Assembly: GCA_005776585.1 (NCBI GenBank)
Contig: SXOX01000045.1
Location: 53,425-117,424, forward strand
Origin: Pseudomonadota bacterium
GTDB taxonomy: Bacteria; Myxococcota_A; UBA9042; GCA-2863065
Reading direction: 5' to 3'
DNA: 64,000 nt
How positions within the stretch are numbered: position 1 is the first letter of the stretch; each line of letters starts with the position of its first letter. Both the position numbers and the translations under genes were made by a program. The notes under the pieces were generated by a model. It was given only the letters and a program-made list of their open reading frames with translations, was not told the origin of the DNA and did not search any database. Positions 46,239 to 55,672 of this stretch are shown piece by piece.

Positions 46239-47168
46239 ATGTCCGACTGGCCCCCGCCCTCGCCCAACCTGCTCGACCCGCTCCGAGCGCTGGCCTCCAA
46301 CGCCGCGCGCAAGGCCGCCGACGTGCGCGACGCGGTGCTCGCCACGATGCGCGATCCGGACCTCCAACGTCGCCTGGAGCTTCTCAGCCACCAGAGCCTC
46401 AACGACTTCGGCTTCGACCCCTTCGGCTACTCGCCGGCCTACGTGCGCGAGCTCCTGCCGTACATGGCGGTGCTCTACCGCAACTACTTTCGCGCGCGGG
46501 TCCATGGCATTGACCACGTCCCGCCGCAGGGGCGCGTCATGCTGGTCGCCAACCACTCCGGCCAGCTCCCGTTCGACGGCGCCATGATCGGCCTCTCGCT
46601 CCTGCTCGACCGCGAGCCGCCGCGCATGACGCGCGCCATGGTCGAGAAGTGGGTGCCGACCATCCCGTTCGCGTCAGTCTTCATGGCGCGCTGCGGCCAG
46701 GTCGTCGGCACCCCCGACAACTGCCGCGCGCTGCTGCGCCAGGAAGAGGCCATCCTCGTCTTCCCGGAAGGCGCGGCCGGCATCTCCAAGACCTTCGACC
46801 ATCGCTACCAGCTCCAGAGCTTCGGCATGGGCTTCATGCGCCTGGCGCTCGAGACGCGCACGCCGATCGTGCCCGTCGCCGTCATCGGGGCCGAGGAGCA
46901 GGCGCCGTCGCTCTACAACTGGCAGGCCATGGCCCGCCTGCTCGGCACGCCTGCGGTGCCCATCACGCCCACGTTCCCGTGGCTCGGTCCGTTGGGCCTG
47001 CTCCCGCTGCCGGTGCGCTACCACCTGCACTTCGGCGAGCCGCTCTCGTTTCAGGGTGACCACGACGACGACGACCTGGCCATCGGCAAGCACGTCAAGG
47101 TCGTCAAGACGGCGCTGCGGGGGCTCATCGAGCGCGGCCTGTCGCAGCGCACGGGGATCTTCGTGTGA
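46239..47168 (+). CDS. PlsC-family lysophospholipid acyltransferase
   Basis: VMLVANHSGQLPFDG (H-x4-D block), ILVFPEGAAGISK (PEG block). Confidence 0.8.
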   Translation: MSDWPPPSPNLLDPLRALASNAARKAADVRDAVLATMRDPDLQRRLELLSHQSLNDFGFDPFGYSPAYVRELLPYMAVLYRNYFRARVHGIDHVPPQGRVMLVANHSGQLPFDGAMIGLSLLLDREPPRMTRAMVEKWVPTIPFASVFMARCGQVVGTPDNCRALLRQEEAILVFPEGAAGISKTFDHRYQLQSFGMGFMRLALETRTPIVPVAVIGAEEQAPSLYNWQAMARLLGTPAVPITPTFPWLGPLGLLPLPVRYHLHFGEPLSFQGDHDDDDLAIGKHVKVVKTALRGLIERGLSQRTGIFV

Positions 47169-48103
47169 CCGCCGAGCAGCACACACGCCGGGTCGTGATC
47201 ACCGGCATCTCGGGTCGCCTCGGTCGGCTGCTGGCGCTCGATCTCCACCGCGAGCACGCGGTCGTCGGCATCGATCGTCGCCCGTTCGAGGGCGCGCCCA
47301 GCGACGTCACGCTCCACCAGCTCGACATCCGCTCGCGGCGCTGTGAGGACGTGTTCCGGCACGGCAAGGTCGACGCCGTCGTGCACCTCAACATCATGCA
47401 CGACCCCCGGCGCTCGGCCGAGGAGCACCACACGTTCAACGTCATCGGTACGCAGCAGGTCATGGAGTACTGCGTCCGGCACAAGATCCCCAAGCTCGTC
47501 GTCCTGTCGACGGCCAACGTCTACGGTCCACATCCGCGCAGCCAGATGTACCTCACCGAGGACGCGCCGCTCATGGCGTCGGAGACCGATCCGCAGGTCC
47601 GCGACCTCGTCACGACCGACATGCTCACCTGCGGCTTCTTCTGGAGGCATCCGGAGATCGAGACGGTCGTGCTGCGCCCGGTGCACATCCTCGGCACGGT
47701 GCGCAACGCGCCGTCCAACTACCTGCGCCTGCCGCGCATCCCGAAGCTTCTCGGCTTCGACCCCATGATCCAGGTCATGCACGAGCACGACGTCGTCCGC
47801 GCACTGCGGCTCGTGCTCGCGCCCGGCGTGCGCGGCGTCTTCAACGTGGCGGGCCCGCCCGCGGTGCCGCTGTCGGTGCTGCTCGCCGAGACCGGCAGGC
47901 CCGTGCTGGAGATCCCGCACCCCATCTTCGAGTCCCTCATGCGCTCGCTCTACGCCCTGCGCGTCTGGAGCTTCCCCCCGCCCGAGATCGGCTTCCTGAA
48001 GTACGCCTGCCTTGCCGACGACTCACGAATTCGCTTCGAGCTCGACTACGAGCCCCGGGTCGACCTCCGCGCGATCTTGCAGGACTTCCGCACGACCCGC
48101 TGA
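47165..48103 (+). CDS. NAD-dependent epimerase/dehydratase (extended SDR)
   Basis: RVVITGISGRLGRLLA Rossmann motif. 4-nt overlap with the acyltransferase gene. Confidence 0.8.
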   Translation: MTAEQHTRRVVITGISGRLGRLLALDLHREHAVVGIDRRPFEGAPSDVTLHQLDIRSRRCEDVFRHGKVDAVVHLNIMHDPRRSAEEHHTFNVIGTQQVMEYCVRHKIPKLVVLSTANVYGPHPRSQMYLTEDAPLMASETDPQVRDLVTTDMLTCGFFWRHPEIETVVLRPVHILGTVRNAPSNYLRLPRIPKLLGFDPMIQVMHEHDVVRALRLVLAPGVRGVFNVAGPPAVPLSVLLAETGRPVLEIPHPIFESLMRSLYALRVWSFPPPEIGFLKYACLADDSRIRFELDYEPRVDLRAILQDFRTTR

Positions 48104-48158
48104 CACGCCCCACGCGCCCATGCTAGAAGCGCGCGTCTTGAACCTTGCAGGAGACACC

Positions 48159-50123
48159 ATGAAGCACCTCAGACCGTTGACCTTCTCCTTGGCGTTGCTG
48201 GCCTCGTCCGCGTTCGCGGCGCAGACGCCCGCACCGACGACCCCGCCGTATGGCCTCCCCAAGCTCGATCGCGACGACTTCAATCGCCTCGCGGGCGAGA
48301 CGGGCGTTCCGCTCTTCTGGCGTAGCGACGTGGAGTCCCCGGGAGAGCTCGCGGCGCTCGAGATCGTCGTGCTGGGCAACGATCCCAAGAACCAGGGCCG
48401 CTTCATCAAGGCCGGTGCGTTCACCGCCGACTTCGAGAAGGCCTATCGCGCGCTCGTCGAGCTGCGCCGTCGCGAGGCCGTCCGCGCGGAGCTGGCCCAG
48501 GGCCGACCGACGCTCGTCGAGCTCGACGCGACCAAGCTCCCGCCCGAGGAGCAGACCATCCTCAAAGGCTTCCAGAAGATCGCCGAGCTCATTGACCAGC
48601 TCTACGACTTCCAGGTCGGCGCCGCCGGCCTCGAGAAGCTCATCCCCAAGGACGACGCCGCGAGCCTGGCGCTGTTTCAGCGCAACCACGGCGCCTGGTG
48701 CGAGGCCCCGAAGACCCAGGGCGATGCGTTCTGCAACGCGACGTCGACCTTCGCCGAGAAGAAGACGCAGAGCTACCCCTTGGATGTCGTGACCGACAAG
48801 GCCTTCTGCGACGCGCTCCAGAAGGAGGCCAACGCCAAGGACCTCACCGCGCCGTTTACGGTCGTGCGCAAGGCCAAGGCCGGCGGCTACGAGGCCGTGC
48901 CCTACGGCAAGGTCTATGGCAAGTGGACGAAGGCCATCGCGAAGGAGCTCCTCACGACGGCCAAGGCCATCGGCTCGGGCGAGGAGATCCGGCTCAAGAA
49001 CTACCTGGAGGCGGCGGCCAAGGCCTTCGAGACCAACGACTGGGTGCCCGCGGACGAGGCGTGGTCGGCCATGGCCGGCTCCAAGTCCAAGTGGTATGTG
49101 CGCATCGGACCCGACGAGACGTATTGGGATCCGTGCGGACTGAAGGCTGGCTACCACCTGTCGTTCGCGCGCATCGATCCGAGCGCGGAGAAGCTCAAGG
49201 AGCAGCTCACGGCCATTCGGACGGACCTGGAGAAGGCGCTCGAGACGCTGGTCGGAGCCGAGGTCTACAAGGCGCGCGACGTGAAGTTCAACCTGCCGGA
49301 CTTCATCGAGATCGTGCTCAACGCGGGCGACAGCCGCGATGGCCTCGGCGCCACGATCGGTCAGTCGCTGCCCAACTTCGGCAAGGTGGCCGAGGAGTCG
49401 CGGGGCCGCACGGTCGTCATGGCCAACCTGTACACGGACGTGGACTCGCTGGCCGACGGCAAGGCCAAAGACGAGCTGCTGCTCAGCAAGAAGTCGCTCG
49501 AGGGCCGTGACGACAAGGGCGACGCGGGTCGTATGACCACCGTGCTGCACGAGGCCACCCACAACCTCGGACCCACCGGCTCCTTTCAGGTCGGCGGCAA
49601 GAAGCCCGAGGAGCTCTTCGGCGGCGATCTCGACGCCATCTTGGAGGAGCTCAAAGCCGAGACCGGCGCGCTCTACTACCTGCCGCTGCTCAAGGCCAAG
49701 GGCGTGCTGACCGACGAGCAGGTAAAGCAAGCCTATCTCGCGGCCATCTCGTGGAACTTCGGCCACATCTCGCGCGGTCTGTTTACGCCGGACAAGCGAC
49801 CGAAGACCTATAGCCACGTCGCGGCCATTCAGACGCACGCGCTCATCAAGGCGGGCGCGCTGACCTGGGACCCGGCGGACGGGCAGGGCACGCCGGACGC
49901 GGGGCGGCTCGCCATCGACTACACCAAGGTCCCCGCGGCAATGGAGGCGCTCATGAAGGAGGTCGTGACCATCAAGGCCAAGGGTGACAAGGCCGCCGCC
50001 GAGAAGCTCGATCAGACGGCGACGAGCGAAGAGGCCGTGAAGGCCATGCACGCCGACGCCATCACGGAGCGGATCTTGCGCTTTGCCAAGGCGAGCTTCG
50101 TCTACGCGGTGCGCTGGCAGTAG
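48159..50123 (+). CDS. secreted M49 (DPP III)-like zinc metallopeptidase homolog
   Basis: ATG at 48159 after CAGGAGA. Signal MKHLRPLTFSLALLASSAFA. VLHEATHNLGP plus downstream EELKAE resemble the two M49 zinc motifs. Confidence 0.55.
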   Translation: MKHLRPLTFSLALLASSAFAAQTPAPTTPPYGLPKLDRDDFNRLAGETGVPLFWRSDVESPGELAALEIVVLGNDPKNQGRFIKAGAFTADFEKAYRALVELRRREAVRAELAQGRPTLVELDATKLPPEEQTILKGFQKIAELIDQLYDFQVGAAGLEKLIPKDDAASLALFQRNHGAWCEAPKTQGDAFCNATSTFAEKKTQSYPLDVVTDKAFCDALQKEANAKDLTAPFTVVRKAKAGGYEAVPYGKVYGKWTKAIAKELLTTAKAIGSGEEIRLKNYLEAAAKAFETNDWVPADEAWSAMAGSKSKWYVRIGPDETYWDPCGLKAGYHLSFARIDPSAEKLKEQLTAIRTDLEKALETLVGAEVYKARDVKFNLPDFIEIVLNAGDSRDGLGATIGQSLPNFGKVAEESRGRTVVMANLYTDVDSLADGKAKDELLLSKKSLEGRDDKGDAGRMTTVLHEATHNLGPTGSFQVGGKKPEELFGGDLDAILEELKAETGALYYLPLLKAKGVLTDEQVKQAYLAAISWNFGHISRGLFTPDKRPKTYSHVAAIQTHALIKAGALTWDPADGQGTPDAGRLAIDYTKVPAAMEALMKEVVTIKAKGDKAAAEKLDQTATSEEAVKAMHADAITERILRFAKASFVYAVRWQ

Positions 50124-50156
50124 AGCTGCTGGCAGTAGAGCTGCTGGCAGTAGCGG

Positions 50157-51311
50157 CTAGGTTGGTGCCGGAGGCTCCGCCGGGACGAACCACGGCATCG
50201 AGCCTTCGGGCATCGCCAACAAGAACGACCGATAAAAGTACTCCGCGGCGCCGATGGACGCCTTCGCGATCGGCAGGTCGACCTGTTTGCGGTCGGTCAG
50301 CAGGCAGAGCGCGGCCATCGTGCGCAGTGCGAGCGCGAACGCGTGCACGACCGAGCCGTAGGAGAAGTGCAGCCGACGCGCGGCCGAGGCAAAGAGCGCC
50401 ACGTAGCGATGCGCCAGGTAGCGGCGGAGTAAGCTTTGCGGCAGAAAGGGTCCGACGCGCTCGTCGTAGCTCTGATGCCACTCGGCGTACACCTTCGTGA
50501 GCCGGGCGCGCAGGTCGAGCACGGGCAGCTCGACGTCAAACACGAAGCGTTGGTAGGTCATGAAGTTGCGCGCCAACGCCGCGGGATCGTGCGCGTTGAT
50601 GGTCTTTCCGAGGAACGTGTTGAACTCGTCACGGTTGGCGACGGGGACGACCCTGAACGCGTCGAGGTCGCCCGAGGTCGCGGCCTTCCCAAGCGCGTAG
50701 GAGATGTCCGCCAGCAGCTCGAAGATGGTGCCGGGGTGCGTGTTGCAGGCCTCCATGATGCGCATGCGGAGGGCGTCGAGTTGCTCGAACGTCGCCGGCA
50801 CGGTGCCGTTCAGCGACACGTTCGGGTGCCCGGCGACGAACTCCACGCGCGGGGCGGCGACCTCGATGTCCGAGGAGATGCCCTCGACCATGCGGTAGGG
50901 AGCGTCGCTCTCGGCGATCTGGTCGAGCACCGACGGGCACACGAGGTCGAAGTGCAGCTCGACGGGCACCTCCTGCTCCATGGGGTTGGGTCCCCGCGCG
51001 ATCGGCACGACCGGGAAGTTGACGCAGAGCCCCGGCAGCGCCGCGGGGCCGAAGCGGCGATGGACCTCGCAGCCGCCCGTGCCCTCGACGAAGCGGCACT
51101 TGCCGTCGGCGGACACGGGGTCCAGCCGCACGTGCGGCACCTCGCCGGGCTTGTCGAGCGTGTCCTCCGAGATGATTGTGATGCCCTCGAGCCGTGCCGC
51201 GCGCTCGTCCTCCGGGAGATGGCTCGCGAGCCGACCGATGTCATCAACGGTGAAATGAATCAGCCAGCCCTGACAGCAGCAGGCTTTTTGGTTGCACCGA
51301 TAGCGTGTCAT
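50157..51311 (-). CDS. Cys-cluster protein (YkgJ/FliB-like N-terminus), function unknown
   Basis: ATG at 51311 after GGAGG. MTRYRCNQKACCCQGWLIHF. Confidence 0.5.
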   Translation of the reverse strand: MTRYRCNQKACCCQGWLIHFTVDDIGRLASHLPEDERAARLEGITIISEDTLDKPGEVPHVRLDPVSADGKCRFVEGTGGCEVHRRFGPAALPGLCVNFPVVPIARGPNPMEQEVPVELHFDLVCPSVLDQIAESDAPYRMVEGISSDIEVAAPRVEFVAGHPNVSLNGTVPATFEQLDALRMRIMEACNTHPGTIFELLADISYALGKAATSGDLDAFRVVPVANRDEFNTFLGKTINAHDPAALARNFMTYQRFVFDVELPVLDLRARLTKVYAEWHQSYDERVGPFLPQSLLRRYLAHRYVALFASAARRLHFSYGSVVHAFALALRTMAALCLLTDRKQVDLPIAKASIGAAEYFYRSFLLAMPEGSMPWFVPAEPPAPT

Positions 51312-51358
51312 CGCCTCCGGGAGGACGACGCGGCGGTCGCGTGCCTGGGGGAGCTCGC

Positions 51359-51814
51359 TCAGGCCGCCTCGCGGTAGTGCGCCACCCACCCGACCGGATC
51401 CTGGAAGAGCCGCACGCACCGGATGTGGCGCGAGTCTCCCAACGTGAAGCGGTGGTGGCGATCCCGGGGGATGATGAGCAGGTCACCGGCCGCGACATCC
51501 ACGCGCATCCAGCGGTCGTCGCGCGAGCGAATGTCGAACGTGCCGTCGCCCGACAGCACGAAACGCACTTCGTCCTCGGCGTGCGAGTGCTCGGGCGTGA
51601 ACTTGGCGAGGATGGCGTCGAGGTTGGGCGTCTCGGGATCGAGGCGCACCTCGTCGCGCGCCACGTAGCCGCAGCCACGCGACAGCGCGGCGATGACGGG
51701 CTCGAACTGGCTCGGGTCGAGCGGGAGATGATCGGCATGTACGCCGTCTCGCGCGAGTTCCCACAGGGGGATCGGCTCGCCCTTCTGAGGTCCCTCCAGC
51801 CAACGAATGTTCAT
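51359..51814 (-). CDS. mtnD: acireductone dioxygenase (ARD, cupin)
   Basis: FTPEHSHAEDEVRFVLSGDGTFDI...DLLIIPRDRHHRF. ATG shares 1 nt with the mtnB stop (TGATGA). Confidence 0.85.
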   Translation of the reverse strand: MNIRWLEGPQKGEPIPLWELARDGVHADHLPLDPSQFEPVIAALSRGCGYVARDEVRLDPETPNLDAILAKFTPEHSHAEDEVRFVLSGDGTFDIRSRDDRWMRVDVAAGDLLIIPRDRHHRFTLGDSRHIRCVRLFQDPVGWVAHYREAA

Positions 51815-52449
51815 CACGACACCTCCTCGGGACGCAGCCCCATGGCGGTCATGCGTACGGCCGCCTCGAACAGATAGTGGTAACACTCCGCCTGGGTCTT
51901 GGCCTCGACCCAGTCTTTGCCCCAGATGTAGACACCGTGGCGTCGAACGAGCACCGCGTTGGCGTTGGGGTAGCGCCTGATCGCGTCGCCGAGCGCATCC
52001 GCCAGATCGCACTCGTGCGCCGTGTTCTCGATGATCGGCACCTGGAGCACGTCATGGTAACCCGTGCCGACGATGCCCTTCATCATCTCGAGGTGCGTGA
52101 CCTCGAAGACATCCCGCCGCCCGCCGTGGAGCAGCGTGGCGAGCATGGCGAAGACGCCGTGCGAGTGGATGACGGCCCCGGCGTCGCGCAGCGCATAGGC
52201 CTTGAGGAACAGCGGCGTGCACGCGCTCTGGCGGAAGGCCGGGTTCGCGGGTGCCGTGAGCAGCGTCCCGTCGCGGTCAAGCGTGAAAAGGTCTTCGGGC
52301 GACAGGCGCTCCTTCTGCACGCCGCTCGGAGCGACGTAGACCGTCTGTCCGTCGCGGACGCTGATGCCGCCGCCCGTGCCCGAGACCCAGCCCTGCGCGT
52401 AGAATTGGCGGCAGAGCTCGACGATCAGCGTACGGGTGTCCGCGTTCAT
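51814..52449 (-). CDS. mtnB: methylthioribulose-1-phosphate dehydratase (class II aldolase/adducin fold)
   Basis: LCRQFYAQGWVSGTGGGISVR...VYVAPSGVQKERL...VIHSHG. Confidence 0.85.
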   Translation of the reverse strand: MNADTRTLIVELCRQFYAQGWVSGTGGGISVRDGQTVYVAPSGVQKERLSPEDLFTLDRDGTLLTAPANPAFRQSACTPLFLKAYALRDAGAVIHSHGVFAMLATLLHGGRRDVFEVTHLEMMKGIVGTGYHDVLQVPIIENTAHECDLADALGDAIRRYPNANAVLVRRHGVYIWGKDWVEAKTQAECYHYLFEAAVRMTAMGLRPEEVS

Positions 52450-52474
52450 TGGTTTGTCACTCTAGCACGAACGC

Positions 52475-53893
52475 TCAGTCTCTGCAGCACAGCACGCCCC
52501 CCTTGTCCCAGCTCGAGAGCGGTACCCCGTCGTAGCTACAGCCGGCCTTGGCGCAGCCCTTCTTGGTCACGTGCTCGCCCTCTTCGAGATCGCTCCCGGG
52601 ACCGCCCTTGCACTCCCAGGGTCCCAGCGGTGGCTCGGCCTCGTTGAAGCCGCACTTGTCGGCCTGCGTCGAGGCCAAGACGCGATCCAGGGGCCCGCAC
52701 TTCTTGTCGGGGCCGAGGCCCGTCCCGAGGTTGCCGCAGCCAAACACGTCGTTGACGCCGTCTCCCCATTGTCCGCACACGCTGCCGTTCTTGGACGGCT
52801 GCCGGGCAGCGAAGAAGAGCGACTTGGACTTGGCGTCCGGCGGCGTGGCGCCCGCGCAGCCCGTCGGCGAGCGCTTGGCCACCTCCTGCCAGGTGCTGCA
52901 GACGTGCCATCCGGTCGCACACAGGTCGGGCGTACCACAGCCTGTGCCGTCCTTCTTGGCGCCGTCGTCGCCTGCCTGTCGACTACAGGTCGGCACGAGC
53001 CCGTCGGGAGTGATGCCCGGCTGCTGCCAGGCTCCCGCACACGCCGCGATCTGGGGGTAGGTGGCGACGTCCAGGAACCCTTCCCGCTGGCCATCGGCGC
53101 ACCCGACCTCCGGAGTCTGTGGCGGAGAGGGCTTGGCATCGACGACGAGCTGCGCCGCCGTGCAGCTCACCGTGCCGTCGGAGTCCCACACGGTCAGGGA
53201 GATCAGGTACTGGCCGGCCACGTCGCACACGAGCGTGGGCGCACCGACGGTCGGGGAGGTGATGAACTTCGCGGCCGAGCCATCGGGTGCGTTGACGGCC
53301 CATTGAACCTTGCCGAGCGTCTTTCCCGCCGCGACCGTCGATTTGGCGCTGTCGAGGTGCAGCGTCGTACCAACGTCGACGGAGACCGCCTCGGCGAGCG
53401 TGATGACGGCCGTCGGACACGCTGGTGGCGGCGTCGGCTGGCAGTCGGGGTTCGGAGGACAGTCCTCGTTGATGAGGCCGTCGCAATCGTCGTCGGTGCA
53501 GTTCCCGCAGAACTCCGCTGGAGGCACGCACGGCCCCCAGTCCTTGAGGCACTTGCGCTTGCCGACCGAGATGCACGCCGTGACGCAGGCCTCGGTCGCG
53601 AGCGGCTTGCAGGGATAGTCGAACGCGGGTCCCTGGTCGGTCTCGGTGTGTGCGGCGTCACTGGCATCGGCAGTGTCGGTGCTGGTGTCGGTGCTGGTTT
53701 CCGTGTCGGTGATAGCGTCGCCAAGCGCGGGTGGCTCATCGCGTGGAGCGTCGCCGGTGTCCCCGCCGAGATCTGTTAGCACGGCCGCATCGGCCCCGCT
53801 GTGGGCATCGGCTCCCGTCGGGACGGGCTCCGGGTCCCCACCGCACGCGGCCAGAACGCACACTGCGAGGAACAGGCGCGCGCTCACGGGCAT
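52475..53893 (-). CDS. secreted lipoprotein with MopE-like Cys motif and Ig/PKD-like domain
   Basis: Lipobox VLAACGG. CGNCTDDDCDGLINEDC. An Ig-like segment, then a Cys-rich C-terminal domain. Confidence 0.65.
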   Translation of the reverse strand: MPVSARLFLAVCVLAACGGDPEPVPTGADAHSGADAAVLTDLGGDTGDAPRDEPPALGDAITDTETSTDTSTDTADASDAAHTETDQGPAFDYPCKPLATEACVTACISVGKRKCLKDWGPCVPPAEFCGNCTDDDCDGLINEDCPPNPDCQPTPPPACPTAVITLAEAVSVDVGTTLHLDSAKSTVAAGKTLGKVQWAVNAPDGSAAKFITSPTVGAPTLVCDVAGQYLISLTVWDSDGTVSCTAAQLVVDAKPSPPQTPEVGCADGQREGFLDVATYPQIAACAGAWQQPGITPDGLVPTCSRQAGDDGAKKDGTGCGTPDLCATGWHVCSTWQEVAKRSPTGCAGATPPDAKSKSLFFAARQPSKNGSVCGQWGDGVNDVFGCGNLGTGLGPDKKCGPLDRVLASTQADKCGFNEAEPPLGPWECKGGPGSDLEEGEHVTKKGCAKAGCSYDGVPLSSWDKGGVLCCRD

Positions 53894-54708
53894 GTCGGCA
53901 CCACGAGCACGCTGTTCTTGCCGCCAAAGCCGTCGTCGGCCTGCGTAGGGTTCTTCGGGTCCACTTTCCAGGTCCCATCGACGATGTACTTGTACTGATA
54001 GGTCGTGCCCGGCGTGAGCTTGAGCGAGGCCGTGAAGACCCCATCGTGATCGGGATCGGCCATCTGCGTGGCGGTCGTGGCGTTCGAGCCCCAGCCGTTG
54101 AAGCTGCCCGAGAGGAGCACCTCGGTGACCGTGGCCTTCTGCGCATCGAACGCAAACGCGACGACGCCGCAGGTCTCCACCGGCTTCGGCGGCTCGACGA
54201 GCGTGACGGTGACCACGAGATCGCGCGCCGTGGTCAACGCGCCCGAGTCGCGCACCGTGACTGTGACGAGCTCATCTCCCGACCAGTCCGTGGGCCCGAC
54301 GATCCGCAGCACCGGGCCCGGCTCGATGGTGAGCCCAACATGCGCGACGCTCCACTCGAACGTGAGCGCCGCGTCCGCGTCCTCGGCGTCAGCGACCTTG
54401 GCCGCCCGATCGATCGTGGTGCTGTGGCCCATCTTGACGGTCACCGTGCCCAGTGGCGTGAGCGTCGGCGGCGAGTTGGGAGGGCTCGTGTCGGTTGTCA
54501 GCACGTCGGGCACGTCGGGCACGCTCGGGAGCTCGACTGCGCCGACGTCCGGCACGCTGGCGTCCGGCACGCCCGCATCCGGCGCGGGCGCGTCGGGGAC
54601 CCACACGAGGTGCGCGTCCTTCGGTGCGGTGACGTCGTCGTCCGGCGCACAGGCCCCGAGCGCGAGCACGACGACCACGACCGGAGAGCAGCGCGACACG
54701 AGGCCCAT
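53884..54708 (-). CDS. lipoprotein with C-terminal CBM48/AMPK-beta-like (E-set) domain
   Basis: ATG at 54708. Lipobox VLALGAC. VLLSGSFNGWG...M..DPDHDGVFTASLKLTPGTTYQYKYIVDGTW. The upstream 335 codons of track ORF 53884..55713 are antisense to the YeeE genes and are rejected. Confidence 0.6.
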   Translation of the reverse strand: MGLVSRCSPVVVVVLALGACAPDDDVTAPKDAHLVWVPDAPAPDAGVPDASVPDVGAVELPSVPDVPDVLTTDTSPPNSPPTLTPLGTVTVKMGHSTTIDRAAKVADAEDADAALTFEWSVAHVGLTIEPGPVLRIVGPTDWSGDELVTVTVRDSGALTTARDLVVTVTLVEPPKPVETCGVVAFAFDAQKATVTEVLLSGSFNGWGSNATTATQMADPDHDGVFTASLKLTPGTTYQYKYIVDGTWKVDPKNPTQADDGFGGKNSVLVVPTCP

Positions 54709-54814
54709 CGTCGCGCGCGCCTGCGAGGGAATCAACCTCGGTTTGTCGTCTCGCGTGCGCTCCCGTATCTTCGTTGCGCGGCGAGCCGCTCGCCCCTGAC
54801 CCCAGTGGAACAGA

Positions 54815-55243
54815 ATGACCATCAATGACGCCCTCCGCGCCTCCTTGGGTGGCGCCCTCATCGGCCTGTCCATCGCCATCGTCCTGCTCGTGAAGGGCCG
54901 CGTCGCCGGCGCGACCAGCGTCTTCGCCGGCGCGATGCGGCCCGGCACACCGGAGTTCCCGTGGCATCTGCGCTTCGTGCTGGGCCTCCTCGCGGGTGGG
55001 CTGGTCATGGCGCGCCTGAGCCCCGACGTCTTCGACGTCGCCAGCGCGCGACCGCTGCCCATTGTGCTGGTCGCCGGCCTCCTCGTCGGCATCGGCGCGC
55101 GCGTCGCCAACGGGTGCACGAGCGGCCACGGCCTCTGCGGCATGAGCCGGCTGTCGCTGCGCTCGATCGTGGCGACCGGGACGTTCATGGCCGCCGGCGT
55201 CGTCACCGCCATCGCCGCAGGTCGCCTCTGGGGGGCCTCGTGA
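54815..55243 (+). CDS. YeeE/YedE-family sulfur-transport membrane protein (half-size)
   Basis: GARVANGCTSGHGLCGMSRLSLRS signature. 142 aa. Confidence 0.8.
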   Translation: MTINDALRASLGGALIGLSIAIVLLVKGRVAGATSVFAGAMRPGTPEFPWHLRFVLGLLAGGLVMARLSPDVFDVASARPLPIVLVAGLLVGIGARVANGCTSGHGLCGMSRLSLRSIVATGTFMAAGVVTAIAAGRLWGAS

Positions 55244-55671
55244 TTCGCGGCCTCGTTGCCTTTGGTGCCGGCGTGCTGTTTGCGGTTGGCCTCGGCGTCT
55301 CCGGCATGTCGCGCCCGTCCAAGGTGCTCGCCTTCCTCGATGTCACCGGCTCGTGGGATCCGAGCCTCCTGTTCGTCATGGGGGTCGGCCTCGCCGTCGT
55401 CGCCATCGCGTGGCGGCTCGCAGCGCGCATGGCCTCGCCATTGCTCGGCGGCGCGTTCCCGCCCGCACCCTCCAAGGTCATCGACGGCACTCTCATCGGC
55501 GGCTCGCTCGTCTTCGGGCTGGGCTGGGGCCTCGTAGGCTTCTGCCCCGCGCCGGGCCTGCTCGCCATCGCCAGCGGCGCTGGCTGGGCGCTGGCCTTCG
55601 CGGGGGCCATGCTCGCGGGGATCGCGCTCGTGAGCGCGTTTGAGCACTGGCGCTCGACGAGCGATGGCTAA
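55240..55671 (+). CDS. YeeE/YedE-family membrane protein (second half-size subunit)
   Basis: GTG at 55240 overlaps the upstream stop. GLGVSGMSRPSKVLAFLD. Four hydrophobic helices. Confidence 0.75.
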   Translation: MIRGLVAFGAGVLFAVGLGVSGMSRPSKVLAFLDVTGSWDPSLLFVMGVGLAVVAIAWRLAARMASPLLGGAFPPAPSKVIDGTLIGGSLVFGLGWGLVGFCPAPGLLAIASGAGWALAFAGAMLAGIALVSAFEHWRSTSDG

Positions 55672-55672
55672 A

